Below the pieces are notes generated by a model. The model searched no databases and was not told the DNA's origin. It saw only the letters and a program-made list of their open reading frames with translations. Below, one piece after another: positions 55,256 to 64,000 of a stretch of DNA of 64,000 bases. The DNA is from an uncultured Anaerolineae bacterium. Lineage in GTDB: Bacteria; Chloroflexota; Anaerolineae; Aggregatilineales; UBA3940. Position 1 is the stretch's first letter. Each line of letters begins with the position of its first letter. The stretch lies in contig CAYMGV010000001.1 of the NCBI GenBank assembly GCA_964390105.1, forward strand, positions 334,000 through 397,999. Reading direction: 5' to 3'. A program made the position numbers and the translations under genes.

Positions 55256-56653
55256 ATGGTCAGTCAATCTACCCCAAAAACCTACAACATCCGCACATGG
55301 GGATGCCAGATGAACGAGGCAGACTCACAGCGGCTTGCAAGCGAGTTGGAGCGCTTTGGCCTCACCTACGAGGAAAATGCCGATGAGGCTGATATCATCG
55401 TGCTGAATACCTGCGTCGTGCGGCAAAGCGCCGAGGATCGTGCCTATGGGCGGCTGGGGCAGCTTAAGGTATTAAAGCAAAAGTACCCTGAGAAGGTAAT
55501 TGGGCTGATGGGCTGCCTGGTCGGAGTGCGGGACCCGCTGCCACTGCGCCGGAAGTTCCCTCAAGTGGACGTATTTATGCCGCCCAGTGAACCAGCCCCG
55601 ATGCTTGGCTTCCTGGAAGACCGTGGGCTGGAACGCGAGTGGATCGAGATGGAAGCAAGAGAAACAGCCCGGCGACATGCGATCCAGGATGAGGACCTGA
55701 TCCTGCCCGTGCATGAACTCGGACGGATCGTAACGGCACATGTACCGATTGTGCTGGGCTGCTCCCATGCCTGTACGTTCTGCATTATCCCGTACAAGCG
55801 CGGCGTGGAACGCAGCCGTCGCGTTGGTGAAATCATCGCAGAAATCAGATCGCTGGCACGACAGGGCGTGAAGGAAGTCACCCTGCTGGGCCAGATCGTG
55901 GACCGCTACGGCATGGACATCGAAGATGGCCCCGACCTCGCTGACCTGCTGCAACTGGTGCATGAGGTGGAAGGCATCCAGCGTATCCGGTTCCTCACCT
56001 CACACCCCAACTGGATGACGGACAAGCTGCTGCACACGGTAGCCGACCTGCCCCGGGTCATGCCGCACATTGAGGTGCCCGTCCAGGCTGGCGATGATAC
56101 CGTGCTGAAAAACATGAAACGCGGCTATACGCAGGCACAGTACCGGGCACTGGTCGAGAAAATCAGGGGTATTATCCCGGATGTTGCAATCCACACCGAT
56201 ATTATTGTGGGGTTCCCCGGCGAAACCGAGGATCAGTTCATGCAGACCTACAATCTCCTTGCCAATCTCAAACTGGATAAGGCCCACACCGCGATGTACA
56301 GCATGCGACCGAACACCGTCGCAACACGGCGCATGGATGACAACGTCACCGATGAGGAGAAGAAGCGCCGCTTGTTGATGCTGGACAACCTGCAAAAACA
56401 GGTGGTTGGTGAGATCAACAGCAAGTTCCTTGGTCAGACCGTTGAAGTGCTGGTGGAAAGCAACCATAAGGGTAAATGGCGCGGACGGACCCCGCAAAAC
56501 AAGCTGGTATTCTTTGAGGCTGACGGGAACTGGGTTGGAAAGCAGGCCGAAGTTGAGATCACATGGACTGGGCCGTGGAGTATGCAGGGGCGCCTTCCGG
56601 GAAGCAGCGACGCCTCCGTCCCCACCGATGTGATCCGGATTTCAGCACGATAA
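55256..56653 (+). CDS. miaB: tRNA-i6A37 methylthiotransferase
   Basis: UPF0004 N-domain (TWGCQMNEADS...NTCVVR), radical-SAM motif CSHACTFCIIP and a C-terminal TRAM domain. Confidence 0.9.
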   Translation: MVSQSTPKTYNIRTWGCQMNEADSQRLASELERFGLTYEENADEADIIVLNTCVVRQSAEDRAYGRLGQLKVLKQKYPEKVIGLMGCLVGVRDPLPLRRKFPQVDVFMPPSEPAPMLGFLEDRGLEREWIEMEARETARRHAIQDEDLILPVHELGRIVTAHVPIVLGCSHACTFCIIPYKRGVERSRRVGEIIAEIRSLARQGVKEVTLLGQIVDRYGMDIEDGPDLADLLQLVHEVEGIQRIRFLTSHPNWMTDKLLHTVADLPRVMPHIEVPVQAGDDTVLKNMKRGYTQAQYRALVEKIRGIIPDVAIHTDIIVGFPGETEDQFMQTYNLLANLKLDKAHTAMYSMRPNTVATRRMDDNVTDEEKKRRLLMLDNLQKQVVGEINSKFLGQTVEVLVESNHKGKWRGRTPQNKLVFFEADGNWVGKQAEVEITWTGPWSMQGRLPGSSDASVPTDVIRISAR

Positions 56654-56675
56654 CCTTCAACCCCGACCTTCCCTC

Positions 56676-56712
56676 ACAGCGGCAGATACCCCATTCTGCC
56701 GCTGTTTTCATA
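56676..56712 (+). terminator. intrinsic terminator after miaB
   Basis: ACAGCGGCAG, 10-nt loop, CTGCCGCTGT (10-bp stem), followed by TTTCATACCCGTTT. Confidence 0.7.
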
Positions 56713-56758
56713 CCCGTTTGCTATTCAGTTTGGTGCGCCCTAGAATCACAACGTAACA

Positions 56759-57403
56759 TTGAGCAGGAGACAAGACTTGACGCAGATATTCCTGATACGG
56801 CATGCTCAGAACGAGTGGGTCAAAACGGGTCGGCTTGCCGGGTGGACCCCTGAAGTTCACCTCAATGATGAGGGCAGAAAGCAGGCGGCGGCACTGGGAG
56901 AACGCCTCGCCAGTGCGAAGCTGACTGCCGTCTATTCCAGCCCACTGGAACGCGCCATCGAGACAGCCGAGGCCATCACCACACATTATGAGAACCTCAC
57001 CGTACAGATCGAGGAGGGTGTGGGCGAGGTCCGGTTCGGTGACTGGACGGGACAGAAGCTGCGGCAGCTATCCCGCACGCGCTTATGGCGCGTCGTGCAG
57101 GGCGTCCCCAGCTTCGCCCGTTTTCCGGGCGGTGAGAGCTTTTACGAGGTTCAGGTGCGGCTGGTTAGTTCGCTCGAACGAATCCGCACGATCCATTCCA
57201 CCGGTCGCGTGGCGATTGTGGCCCACTCAGACGTGATCAAGCTGGTGTTTGCCTATTACGCAGGCATCCATATTGACCTGTTCCAACGGCTGACCATCTC
57301 ACCGGCTTCGATCTCGATTGTACACCTTGGCAGCTATGGGCCTCGCGTTATCCGCATGAACGACACGGCTCATTACGATCTGTTCAAATCCACCGAAACT
57401 TAG
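56759..57403 (+). CDS. histidine phosphatase family protein (MSMEG_4193-type putative phosphomutase)
   Basis: Catalytic IFLIRHAQNEW, SSPLERAIETAE and VAHSDVIK. TTG start. First gene of the DUF3090 triad. Confidence 0.78.
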   Translation: MSRRQDLTQIFLIRHAQNEWVKTGRLAGWTPEVHLNDEGRKQAAALGERLASAKLTAVYSSPLERAIETAEAITTHYENLTVQIEEGVGEVRFGDWTGQKLRQLSRTRLWRVVQGVPSFARFPGGESFYEVQVRLVSSLERIRTIHSTGRVAIVAHSDVIKLVFAYYAGIHIDLFQRLTISPASISIVHLGSYGPRVIRMNDTAHYDLFKSTET

Positions 57404-57416
57404 GAAAGAGCGCTTT

Positions 57417-57902
57417 ATGGCACAGGAAATTGACCTGGGAAATATTGATTTCATCACCATCGGTACGATAGGCGCACCCGGCAACCGCGTATTCCATTTG
57501 CAGGCAGGCAGCGGGGATACGCTGCTAACCCTGACAATCGAAAAGGAACAGGCTGCGGCGATCACCACCAGCATTAAGAACGTGCTGGATGAGATCGAGA
57601 AGCAGCACGACCGCCCTACCCCTGAACCGACTATGGCGAAATACGACATGGACCTGCGCGAGCCAATCCTGCCCGAGTTTCGCATCGCCCAGATCGGCCT
57701 GGCATACGACGACGACATCGACCGGATGGTACTGGTGATGAATGAACTCCAGACCGAAGATGCCATCGAGCAGCCTTCATTAGTGCGTATGGGGGCCACA
57801 CGCACGCAGATGATGGCACTTGCCATCCACACACGCACGGTAGTGGCATCGGGCAGGCCAACCGCACAGAGTAACGGACATCTGAAAAAAACCTATGACT
57901 AG
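57417..57902 (+). CDS. DUF3090 family protein
   Basis: FITIGTIGAPGNRVFHLQAGSGD...TIEKEQAAA matches my memory of the DUF3090 N-terminal signature. The C-terminus reads SGRPTAQSNGHL. Confidence 0.7.
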   Translation: MAQEIDLGNIDFITIGTIGAPGNRVFHLQAGSGDTLLTLTIEKEQAAAITTSIKNVLDEIEKQHDRPTPEPTMAKYDMDLREPILPEFRIAQIGLAYDDDIDRMVLVMNELQTEDAIEQPSLVRMGATRTQMMALAIHTRTVVASGRPTAQSNGHLKKTYD

Positions 57903-57910
57903 GTTGTGCT

Positions 57911-58648
57911 ATGAACGAGTTTAAACAGCCTGTACTGGGCATTGAAGAAGCGCTCAAGGTGTTAAAAAACGGTGTCATAGAAATCCCCCATGGTCTTCTG
58001 CCATGGGGGTCTAATTACACGCTGCTGGTTACTGTCAAACACGAAGGGCAGGAGCACCTTGCCGTCTACAAACCGGCCAGCGGTGAACGTCCCCTGTGGG
58101 ATTTCCCCGATGGGACGCTGTCCAAACGTGAGGTGGCGGCATTTTTCCTTGACCGTGTACTTGGATGGTCAATTGTCCCGGCAACTGTCCTGCGCAGCGG
58201 CCCGCATGGATTGGGCAGCCTACAGTATTTCATCCCACATGACCCCGACTATCACTACTTCAACTTCGAAGGGAAGCATACACAGCAGACCCGTCACATT
58301 GCGTTGTTTGATATAGTGATAAACAATGCCGACCGCAAGGCCGGACATTGCATCGTTGACGGTGACAGCCACGTGTGGGGCATTGATCACGGTATTTGCT
58401 TTCACTATGAGCCGAAGCTCCGTACCGTCATCTGGGAATATGCGGGTCAATCGCTGACGAGTGATGAACGTGTGGGGCTTGAAAAGCTGTGCGAGAAACT
58501 CGCCGACGCGCCGCTCAATTCAGAGTTAGCCCGTCTGTTATCCAAGCGCGAGATCGAGGCAATCAGCGAGCGCCTGGGTATCCTTCTTGAAAACGGGGTG
58601 TTTCCTGAGCCGGGAACGGGCCGCAGCTACCCGTGGCCGCCCGTATAG
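57911..58648 (+). CDS. SCO1664-family protein with PI3/PI4-kinase-like catalytic core
   Basis: GSNYTLLV, VYKPASGERPLWDFPDGTLSKREVAAF, catalytic-loop-like NNADRKAGHCIV and WGIDHGICF. Confidence 0.7.
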   Translation: MNEFKQPVLGIEEALKVLKNGVIEIPHGLLPWGSNYTLLVTVKHEGQEHLAVYKPASGERPLWDFPDGTLSKREVAAFFLDRVLGWSIVPATVLRSGPHGLGSLQYFIPHDPDYHYFNFEGKHTQQTRHIALFDIVINNADRKAGHCIVDGDSHVWGIDHGICFHYEPKLRTVIWEYAGQSLTSDERVGLEKLCEKLADAPLNSELARLLSKREIEAISERLGILLENGVFPEPGTGRSYPWPPV

Positions 58649-58653
58649 GAGTG

Positions 58654-59484
58654 TTACCGATCCTCGCGCAAATGATGGTAAAGGGCGCGAGCGTTGCTAA
58701 GGTGCAGCGCATGTCCGATACCGTTCAAAGCAATGCGGCTCTTGCCACACTGTTCGATGCTGACATGCAGCGCATCTTCCTCACTTCCATTCCGGTCTAC
58801 AACAGCTTTGACCAGCTTATAGATATGCTCCAGGTAGGCCATATCCTCATCAATACGTTCCGGGATTTCACCCCGCAGAATGACCTCTCCGTGCCCCTGT
58901 ACAATCGTCTCGTATTGCTGCATCCTGATCTGCGAAAGAGTGTCCATCAGATCATGCCAGCAGCCATCTGAGAAAAATGGGACTGGCATCACACTGTCAG
59001 CGGCAAACAGGATACCGGCTTCTTCCATCAGGCAGGTAGTGGAATCGGGGCTGTGCCCCGGCGCGTGACGCAGGTCAAGGGTTACTTCGCCAACTGTGAT
59101 GGCCATCTGCTGCTCGAACGTCAGGTCAGGCAGGCATATTTCCACGTCGTTAAGGTCCCTGGCTGTTAATTTGCTGTTCTCGAGCGCCACCCGTCCACGC
59201 ACGTCCAGCAGATCGCGGCATTGGTCCTGGGCAATGACGGTGGCCCGGGGGAAGAAGCAGGTGCCGTATGTATGGTCAGCGTGATAGTGTGTATTGATCA
59301 CATACCGAATCGGCACATCATGTTGGTCATGCAAAAACCGGACAATTTCGCGCGATTCCACGGGGAATGGCATGGTGTCAATCGCGATAATACCCTCAGG
59401 TGTGTAGATGGCACCTGCCGTCACCTGGGCGTAAAGCGCGCTGGTAAAGACATAGACATTTTGGGCAACAAGTTCTTTTTGCAT
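58654..59484 (-). CDS. MBL-fold metallo-hydrolase
   Basis: NTHYHADHTYG, APGHSPDS and later VQGHG ligand positions are present. Confidence 0.8.
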   Translation of the reverse strand: MQKELVAQNVYVFTSALYAQVTAGAIYTPEGIIAIDTMPFPVESREIVRFLHDQHDVPIRYVINTHYHADHTYGTCFFPRATVIAQDQCRDLLDVRGRVALENSKLTARDLNDVEICLPDLTFEQQMAITVGEVTLDLRHAPGHSPDSTTCLMEEAGILFAADSVMPVPFFSDGCWHDLMDTLSQIRMQQYETIVQGHGEVILRGEIPERIDEDMAYLEHIYKLVKAVVDRNGSEEDALHVSIEQCGKSRIALNGIGHALHLSNARALYHHLREDR

Positions 59485-59885
59485 GAGTCAGATAAGGGCA
59501 GCTTGATACGATCAGGGCGAATAACGATTGATGAAGGAGTATAGTCCAGCGGCCTCTTGTAGTGCAATAACACAGCAGCGCCTCGCACGGTACGAAGCGC
59601 TGCTGATTACTTGTGATAGATAAGCCCCGCCATGGAAGGGGCGTCTTGAGACCCTGGAAACCAGGTGGGCGCTGCCTCATTGGGGCAACGGTGGCTAGAA
59701 GCCTCGTATCAACCAATGAAAATCAATGCCCTATCTCATAACTGTTGGCTCACGGCACCATTCAGATCCCATAGCAGGGCAAACCTGTTTTTAACATATC
59801 CGGGACGGCGCTGCAAGATGCCGCAGTGTTTCATGTCAAGTGCGACTCACGAGACAGAGGTGGACGCATGACCTTTGATCCCATG

Positions 59886-61661
59886 CTACTCGTCCGCAGA
59901 AACAGTCGTCTTAATATGCAGTTCCAGGAGCTGATGTTCGTCCACCGGGCTGGGCGCATCGGCCATCAGGTCAGCGGCACGCTGCGTTTTGGGGAAGGCG
60001 ATCACCTCACGAATGTTTGGTTCACCTGCCAGCAGCATCACGACACGATCAAGGCCGGGGGCAATGCCACCATGCGGTGGTGCGCCGTATTCGAACGCAT
60101 CCAGCATATGGCCGAAACGCTCACGCGCATCATCGGGATCCATGCCGATCAGCTTGAATATGCGCTCCTGGACAGAACGGTCATGGATACGGATGCTGCC
60201 ACCGGCCACCTCATAGCCGTTGCATATGAGATCGTACTGGTTACTCAACACCGAACCGGGGTCTTCCTCCAGCGTATCGAGGTACTCCGGCTTGGGTGAG
60301 GTGAACATGTGGTGAGACGGGTCCCATCGCTGCTCATCCTCGTTCCACTCCACCAATGGGAAGTCGATCACCCACGCAAAGGCCATCTGCGCGGAGTCGG
60401 TCAGTTCGAGGCGATGTCCAAACTCCGTACGCAGATTACTGAGTGCTTCGTTGACCACAGCAGCCTCATCCGCCACCATCAACACAAGGTCTCCGGGCTT
60501 TGCACCGGCACGCTCAACCAGGGCGGCCAGCACGTCATCTGAGTAGAATTTCGCTATGCTCGATTTCGGCGTGCCATCTTCCTGTACGGCCAGTGTCGCA
60601 AGGCCCCTGGCACCCGCTTCTCTTGCGATGTCTTCCAGCTCACCGATCTGTTTGCGGCTGTAATCGGCGCAGCCAGGCACGGTGATGCCACGCACCTTAT
60701 TACCGGCCTCGATGGTGCTGGTAAATACCTTGAACTCACCCTGTACAACAATGTCGCCCAGGTCGAACAACTCAAGTTCAAAGCGCACGTCAGGCCGGTC
60801 GGTGCCATAGCGGTCAATTGCCTCGGCATAGCTCAGGCGCAGGAATGGCTTATGCGGGATCGATTTATCGGAGACCGTCTCCACAACACTGATCATCAGT
60901 TCCTCGATCAGGTCCAGGACATCATCACGCTCGACAAAGCTCATTTCCATATCAAGCTGCGTGAACTCAGGTTGGCGATCACCACGCTGGTCTTCATCAC
61001 GGAAGCAACGAGCCACCTGGAAGTAGCGCTCATAACCCGCCACCATCAGGAGCTGCTTGAGCTGCTGCGGACTCTGCGGCAACGCATAGAACTTACCGGG
61101 ATGCACACGGCTGGGCACAAGATAGTCACGCGCACCTTCAGGGGTACTCTTGAACAGGATCGGCGTCTCGATCTCAACGAATCCGCGCTCGTTAAGGAAA
61201 TTGCGGATGTGCAAAATAGCGCGGTGGCGCAGTTGGATGTTCTTCTGCATACGCTGTCGACGCAGGTCAAGATAGCGATACTTCATCCGGGTTTCTTCGT
61301 TGGGTTCTACGTCACTATTAACCTCAAAGACCGGTGTTTTGGAGGCATTTAGAATCATGATCTCAGATGCCTGTACCTCGATCTCTCCTGTCGCCATGTT
61401 GGCGTTAATCGTATCATCCGTGCGTGCCACAACTTTACCCGTGATTTGTATCACGAATTCACCGCGTACAGTAGAAGCCAGTTTATGGGCATCGGAGGAG
61501 TCTGCACTGTTAAAAACAACCTGGGTGACGCCCCAGCGGTCGCGCAGATCGATAAACATCAGGTTACCGAAGTCACGGCGTTTGTTGACCCAACCGGCCA
61601 GCTTGACTTCCTCCCCCACGTGGGCACTGCGAAGTTCACCGCAGTTATGAGTTTTGAGCAT
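59886..61661 (-). CDS. aspS: aspartate--tRNA ligase
   Basis: OB-fold N-domain ([26 protein letters not shown]), class II motifs ([18 protein letters not shown]; GGIAPGLDR) and the bacterial insertion domain. AGGAGA lies upstream of ATG 61661. Confidence 0.93.
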   Translation of the reverse strand: MLKTHNCGELRSAHVGEEVKLAGWVNKRRDFGNLMFIDLRDRWGVTQVVFNSADSSDAHKLASTVRGEFVIQITGKVVARTDDTINANMATGEIEVQASEIMILNASKTPVFEVNSDVEPNEETRMKYRYLDLRRQRMQKNIQLRHRAILHIRNFLNERGFVEIETPILFKSTPEGARDYLVPSRVHPGKFYALPQSPQQLKQLLMVAGYERYFQVARCFRDEDQRGDRQPEFTQLDMEMSFVERDDVLDLIEELMISVVETVSDKSIPHKPFLRLSYAEAIDRYGTDRPDVRFELELFDLGDIVVQGEFKVFTSTIEAGNKVRGITVPGCADYSRKQIGELEDIAREAGARGLATLAVQEDGTPKSSIAKFYSDDVLAALVERAGAKPGDLVLMVADEAAVVNEALSNLRTEFGHRLELTDSAQMAFAWVIDFPLVEWNEDEQRWDPSHHMFTSPKPEYLDTLEEDPGSVLSNQYDLICNGYEVAGGSIRIHDRSVQERIFKLIGMDPDDARERFGHMLDAFEYGAPPHGGIAPGLDRVVMLLAGEPNIREVIAFPKTQRAADLMADAPSPVDEHQLLELHIKTTVSADE

Positions 61662-61701
61662 CCGACTTCTTCTCCTGTGATCTGAGGTTGATATTCAGGG
61701 T

Positions 61702-61732
61702 GAAACAAAGGACCGCCCAGGTCAGCGGGCGG
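61702..61732 (-). terminator. terminator-like hairpin inside the aspS 5' leader (possible attenuator)
   Basis: Minus strand: CCGCCC, loop GCTGACCT, GGGCGG, followed by TCCTTTGTTTC. It lies ~45 nt upstream of the aspS ATG and downstream of the candidate promoter. Confidence 0.4.
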
Positions 61733-61874
61733 CTTATGCTTTGTCTATACTGGGCGCAGTGGCTCAGAAACAATTACCGCCACCCAGGGCAGTTTTGCCG
61801 ACATTGTTCAACGCGATGGTGCAGCAGCAGCTCCCATGTGGTTTGTGCAGCGCTTCACACTTTTTAGATACCGG

Positions 61875-61904
61875 ATTGTAGCATAGCATCGATCCAGCCG
61901 TCAA
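61875..61904 (-). promoter_or_regulatory. candidate aspS promoter
   Basis: Minus strand: TTGACG (61904-61899), 18 nt, TACAAT (61880-61875). This predicts a ~205-nt leader. Confidence 0.45.
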
Positions 61905-61974
61905 TGGCATGATGCCAGGGAAGTTGTATGATCAACATAGGTTCTGAAAACAATATGTGATGCAGATTGTAACC

Positions 61975-63066
61975 ATGATGAAGCGAAACAGAATCACCAA
62001 TAAACAGATACTTCTGCCATTAGTGATTGGTGCATTGATCCTGGCAGGCTGCGACGGCAGCGCTGCAACGACCTCAACGCCCGATCAGACCAGCACACAA
62101 GGCACATCAGTAACCCAACCTCCCCCTACTCCAACCGAAGCGGCAGCAGCGGCTTCAACAACTGCACCCTCTATGCCCCTCGGCAATGACTATGCAGCAT
62201 CCCTTGCGGAAGCGGAGGCTGCATTGGATGCCGGGCAACCGGAACGCATGGAAGCAATCCTTGACAGCACCCCAGCCACCAGAACAACGCCAAGTGAGAT
62301 TCTCGTCGAACGGGCGGCATTATACGAAGCGGGAGGGTTCCCGGAACAGGCTGTTCAGAATCTATCCTATGCGCTGATAGATCAGCCAGACCGGGTCGAT
62401 CTACTTCTGAATCGCGCCAATCTCTATCGCACGCTGGGCTACTTCGAGCTGGCGCTTACTGACCTGAACGTAGCCCTTTCAATAGAGCCTGACAACTTGA
62501 CCCTGATGATGGCGCACGGAACACTGCGGCTGGATACTGGTGATGCTGAGGCTGCATTACGTGACCTTGAACCTGTGCGGGATAGTGAAGATGCGCCCCC
62601 GGAAATCTTTGAAGCGCTGGGCCGCGCCTATCTGATGCAGGAAGACTATTACAATGCCTCGTTATGGCTGACACAGGGAATCGTGGAAGACGTGGACAGC
62701 GTGCCTATCCGCATTATGCGGGGAACAGCGCTGCTCTTTCTCGATAATACGGAACTGGCGCTGGGTGATGCAAACATCGTCATCTCGCGAAACCCGGAAA
62801 GCGTTGAGGGGTATGCCCTGCGCGGAACAATCTACTTGAATCTTGGGCGTTGGGATGAGGCTGAACGCGATTTCAATCGCACGTATGAGCTTGACCCAAC
62901 CTTCATCGATGCCCTGTATGGAATGGCCCAGGCTCAGATTGCCAACGGGGACACGGGCACAGCTTTGGCCTCGCTGAAGGCCTATTTAGAGTTGGCCTCA
63001 CCCGGTGACCGCAATTACACGGACGTGTATACGCTTTACAATCAACTCAGTGAGGATGCTGACTAA
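61975..63066 (+). CDS. TPR-repeat lipoprotein
   Basis: Signal peptide with lipobox ILAGC, a Thr/Pro/Ala linker, then ~8 TPR units. Start ATG 61975/61978 is preferred over GTG 61957. Confidence 0.7.
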   Translation: MMKRNRITNKQILLPLVIGALILAGCDGSAATTSTPDQTSTQGTSVTQPPPTPTEAAAAASTTAPSMPLGNDYAASLAEAEAALDAGQPERMEAILDSTPATRTTPSEILVERAALYEAGGFPEQAVQNLSYALIDQPDRVDLLLNRANLYRTLGYFELALTDLNVALSIEPDNLTLMMAHGTLRLDTGDAEAALRDLEPVRDSEDAPPEIFEALGRAYLMQEDYYNASLWLTQGIVEDVDSVPIRIMRGTALLFLDNTELALGDANIVISRNPESVEGYALRGTIYLNLGRWDEAERDFNRTYELDPTFIDALYGMAQAQIANGDTGTALASLKAYLELASPGDRNYTDVYTLYNQLSEDAD

Positions 63067-64000
63067 CAATGCTCCGGGGCGGGATTCACGATGGAAATCT
63101 CGCGTGCCTGGGCAATATCAGCATGAATCTGATTTACCAGGTCCTTAACGTCATCGAACTTCATCTCATCACGCAACTTAGTCACAAACGCGACTGAAAC
63201 CATCTGACCATACAGGTCACCCTCAAAATCGAGAATATGTACTTCAACGGTGGGTTGCAGTTCAGTGCGGTTGAAGGTGGGCCGTAAGCCAATGTTCACC
63301 ACGGACAGCAGCACACGCTTATCAATGCAGGCATAGGCAGCATAGACACCCTGCCCCGGCACAGCCATTTCGCCAGGGACATCAATGTTTGCCGTAGGAA
63401 TACCAATGGTGCGACCGCGTTGAGCACCCTTAACCACCTTACCTGAAACGGAGTAGTATCGCCCAAGCAGGTCAGCCGCCAGGATGACATTACCCTCTTT
63501 GACAGCCTCGCGGATACGGCTGCTGCTATATCGATTCCCCTCATTGTCGGTCACGAAATCCACCACCTGCACTTTGAAACCGTAAGCCGAGCCAACCTGG
63601 CGAAGAAACGCGACATTCCCTTCACGCTGGTAGCCCATAGCAAAGTCCTCGCCTACCCACAATGCGGTTGGGTTCAGGTTATCCACCAACTCGCTGATAA
63701 AATCGCGCGCGCGGATGTGCCGTATAACCTCATTAAATGGATGGGTGATGACCACTTCAACGCCAAGTTCCCCTAAAAGATGGGCCTTATGCCCCGGATC
63801 AGAGAGATAAAAGCCGGTTTGAAACCCACGTGTGACCATACTGGGATGCGGGTAAAAAGTCAGTACGATGGGCACAGCATCCTGGCGGAAGGCGCTTTCG
63901 ATAAGTTGGTTAACCAAGTATTGATGCCCGCGATGAACCCCGTCAAAGGCACCAATGGTCACCAGAGATCGCCCGGAAAGTTTCGCTTCAGATAGTGAGT
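63063..64000 (-). CDS. ribF: bifunctional riboflavin kinase / FMN adenylyltransferase (5' end probably beyond window)
   Basis: GAFDGVHRGHQ nucleotidyltransferase motif, and a riboflavin-kinase half with GRTIGIPTAN...PTVEVHILDF. The reading frame stays open upstream of GTG 63962 to the window edge. Confidence 0.88.
   Translation of the reverse strand, partial: SLSEAKLSGRSLVTIGAFDGVHRGHQYLVNQLIESAFRQDAVPIVLTFYPHPSMVTRGFQTGFYLSDPGHKAHLLGELGVEVVITHPFNEVIRHIRARDFISELVDNLNPTALWVGEDFAMGYQREGNVAFLRQVGSAYGFKVQVVDFVTDNEGNRYSSSRIREAVKEGNVILAADLLGRYYSVSGKVVKGAQRGRTIGIPTANIDVPGEMAVPGQGVYAAYACIDKRVLLSVVNIGLRPTFNRTELQPTVEVHILDFEGDLYGQMVSVAFVTKLRDEMKFDDVKDLVNQIHADIAQAREISIVNPAPEHC

Noticed and set aside
59774-59815. 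c-di-GMP-I (GEMM)-like words GGGCAAACC ... GGGACG on the plus strand.
   Set aside because: The intervening sequence cannot form the GNRA-capped P1b hairpin. The second half (CAAAGCC) is absent. There is also no plus-strand gene downstream to regulate.
61662-61874. T-box riboswitch call for the aspS leader (GGGTGG element and terminator present), and a B12-box-like GCCACTG in the same leader.
   Set aside because: No canonical T-box 14-mer (GGGUGGUACCGCG) was found. I could not build a Stem I with K-turn, AG bulge or distal loop. The only GAC lies between the putative T-box-like segment and the terminator, which is the wrong order. A cobalamin riboswitch would be functionally implausible and the other B12 core elements are missing. 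The region is kept only as an unclassified attenuator.
1-64000. CRISPR arrays, tandem repeats, IS elements, toxin-antitoxin pairs or known phage-defence gene sets.
   Set aside because: None was recognised while reading both strands and all ORF translations. This was a by-eye scan only, and short dispersed repeats could be missed without a repeat-finding computation.

Overview
This is a densely coding, moderately GC-rich chromosomal window. It holds about 60 protein genes, one tRNA-Val(UAC) and one tandem glycine riboswitch. I saw no rRNA, CRISPR array, transposase, integrase or other mobile element.

The content is mostly housekeeping: uvrA, argS, aspS, dcd, tgt, queG, miaB, uppP, murJ, ribF (runs off the 3' edge), nnr, thrB, riboswitch-controlled gcvH-gcvPA-gcvPB, mgsA and an EF-G-2-type paralog. 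Between these sit envelope and secreted proteins and small regulatory units: a GAF histidine kinase with an OmpR-type regulator, and a divergent FHA / double-HTH / TPR locus.

Several traits suggest a Terrabacteria lineage such as Chloroflexota, but this is inference only. These traits are the split GcvP, the EF-G-2 paralog, membrane C39-like/TPR proteins, an MshB/Mca-like deacetylase, the DUF3090 triad and many lipobox proteins.

The most unusual item is the 882-aa gene at 45698-48346, whose ATG overlaps the uvrA stop. It is a ClpA/B-type two-module AAA+ protein whose first module looks hydrolysis-dead. Its last ~250 residues read like release factor RF2 with the GGQ domain and the SPF tripeptide removed. 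That makes it a candidate ribosome-docking AAA+ machine that I cannot match to any described family.

Secondary items:
- A phosphatase / DUF3090 / PI3-4-kinase-like triad of unknown function.
- Tandem C39-like/TPR paralogs next to murJ.
- A structured aspS leader.
- A 400-nt unassigned spacer.

All calls come from reading the sequence and the ORF translations. No database search was run.
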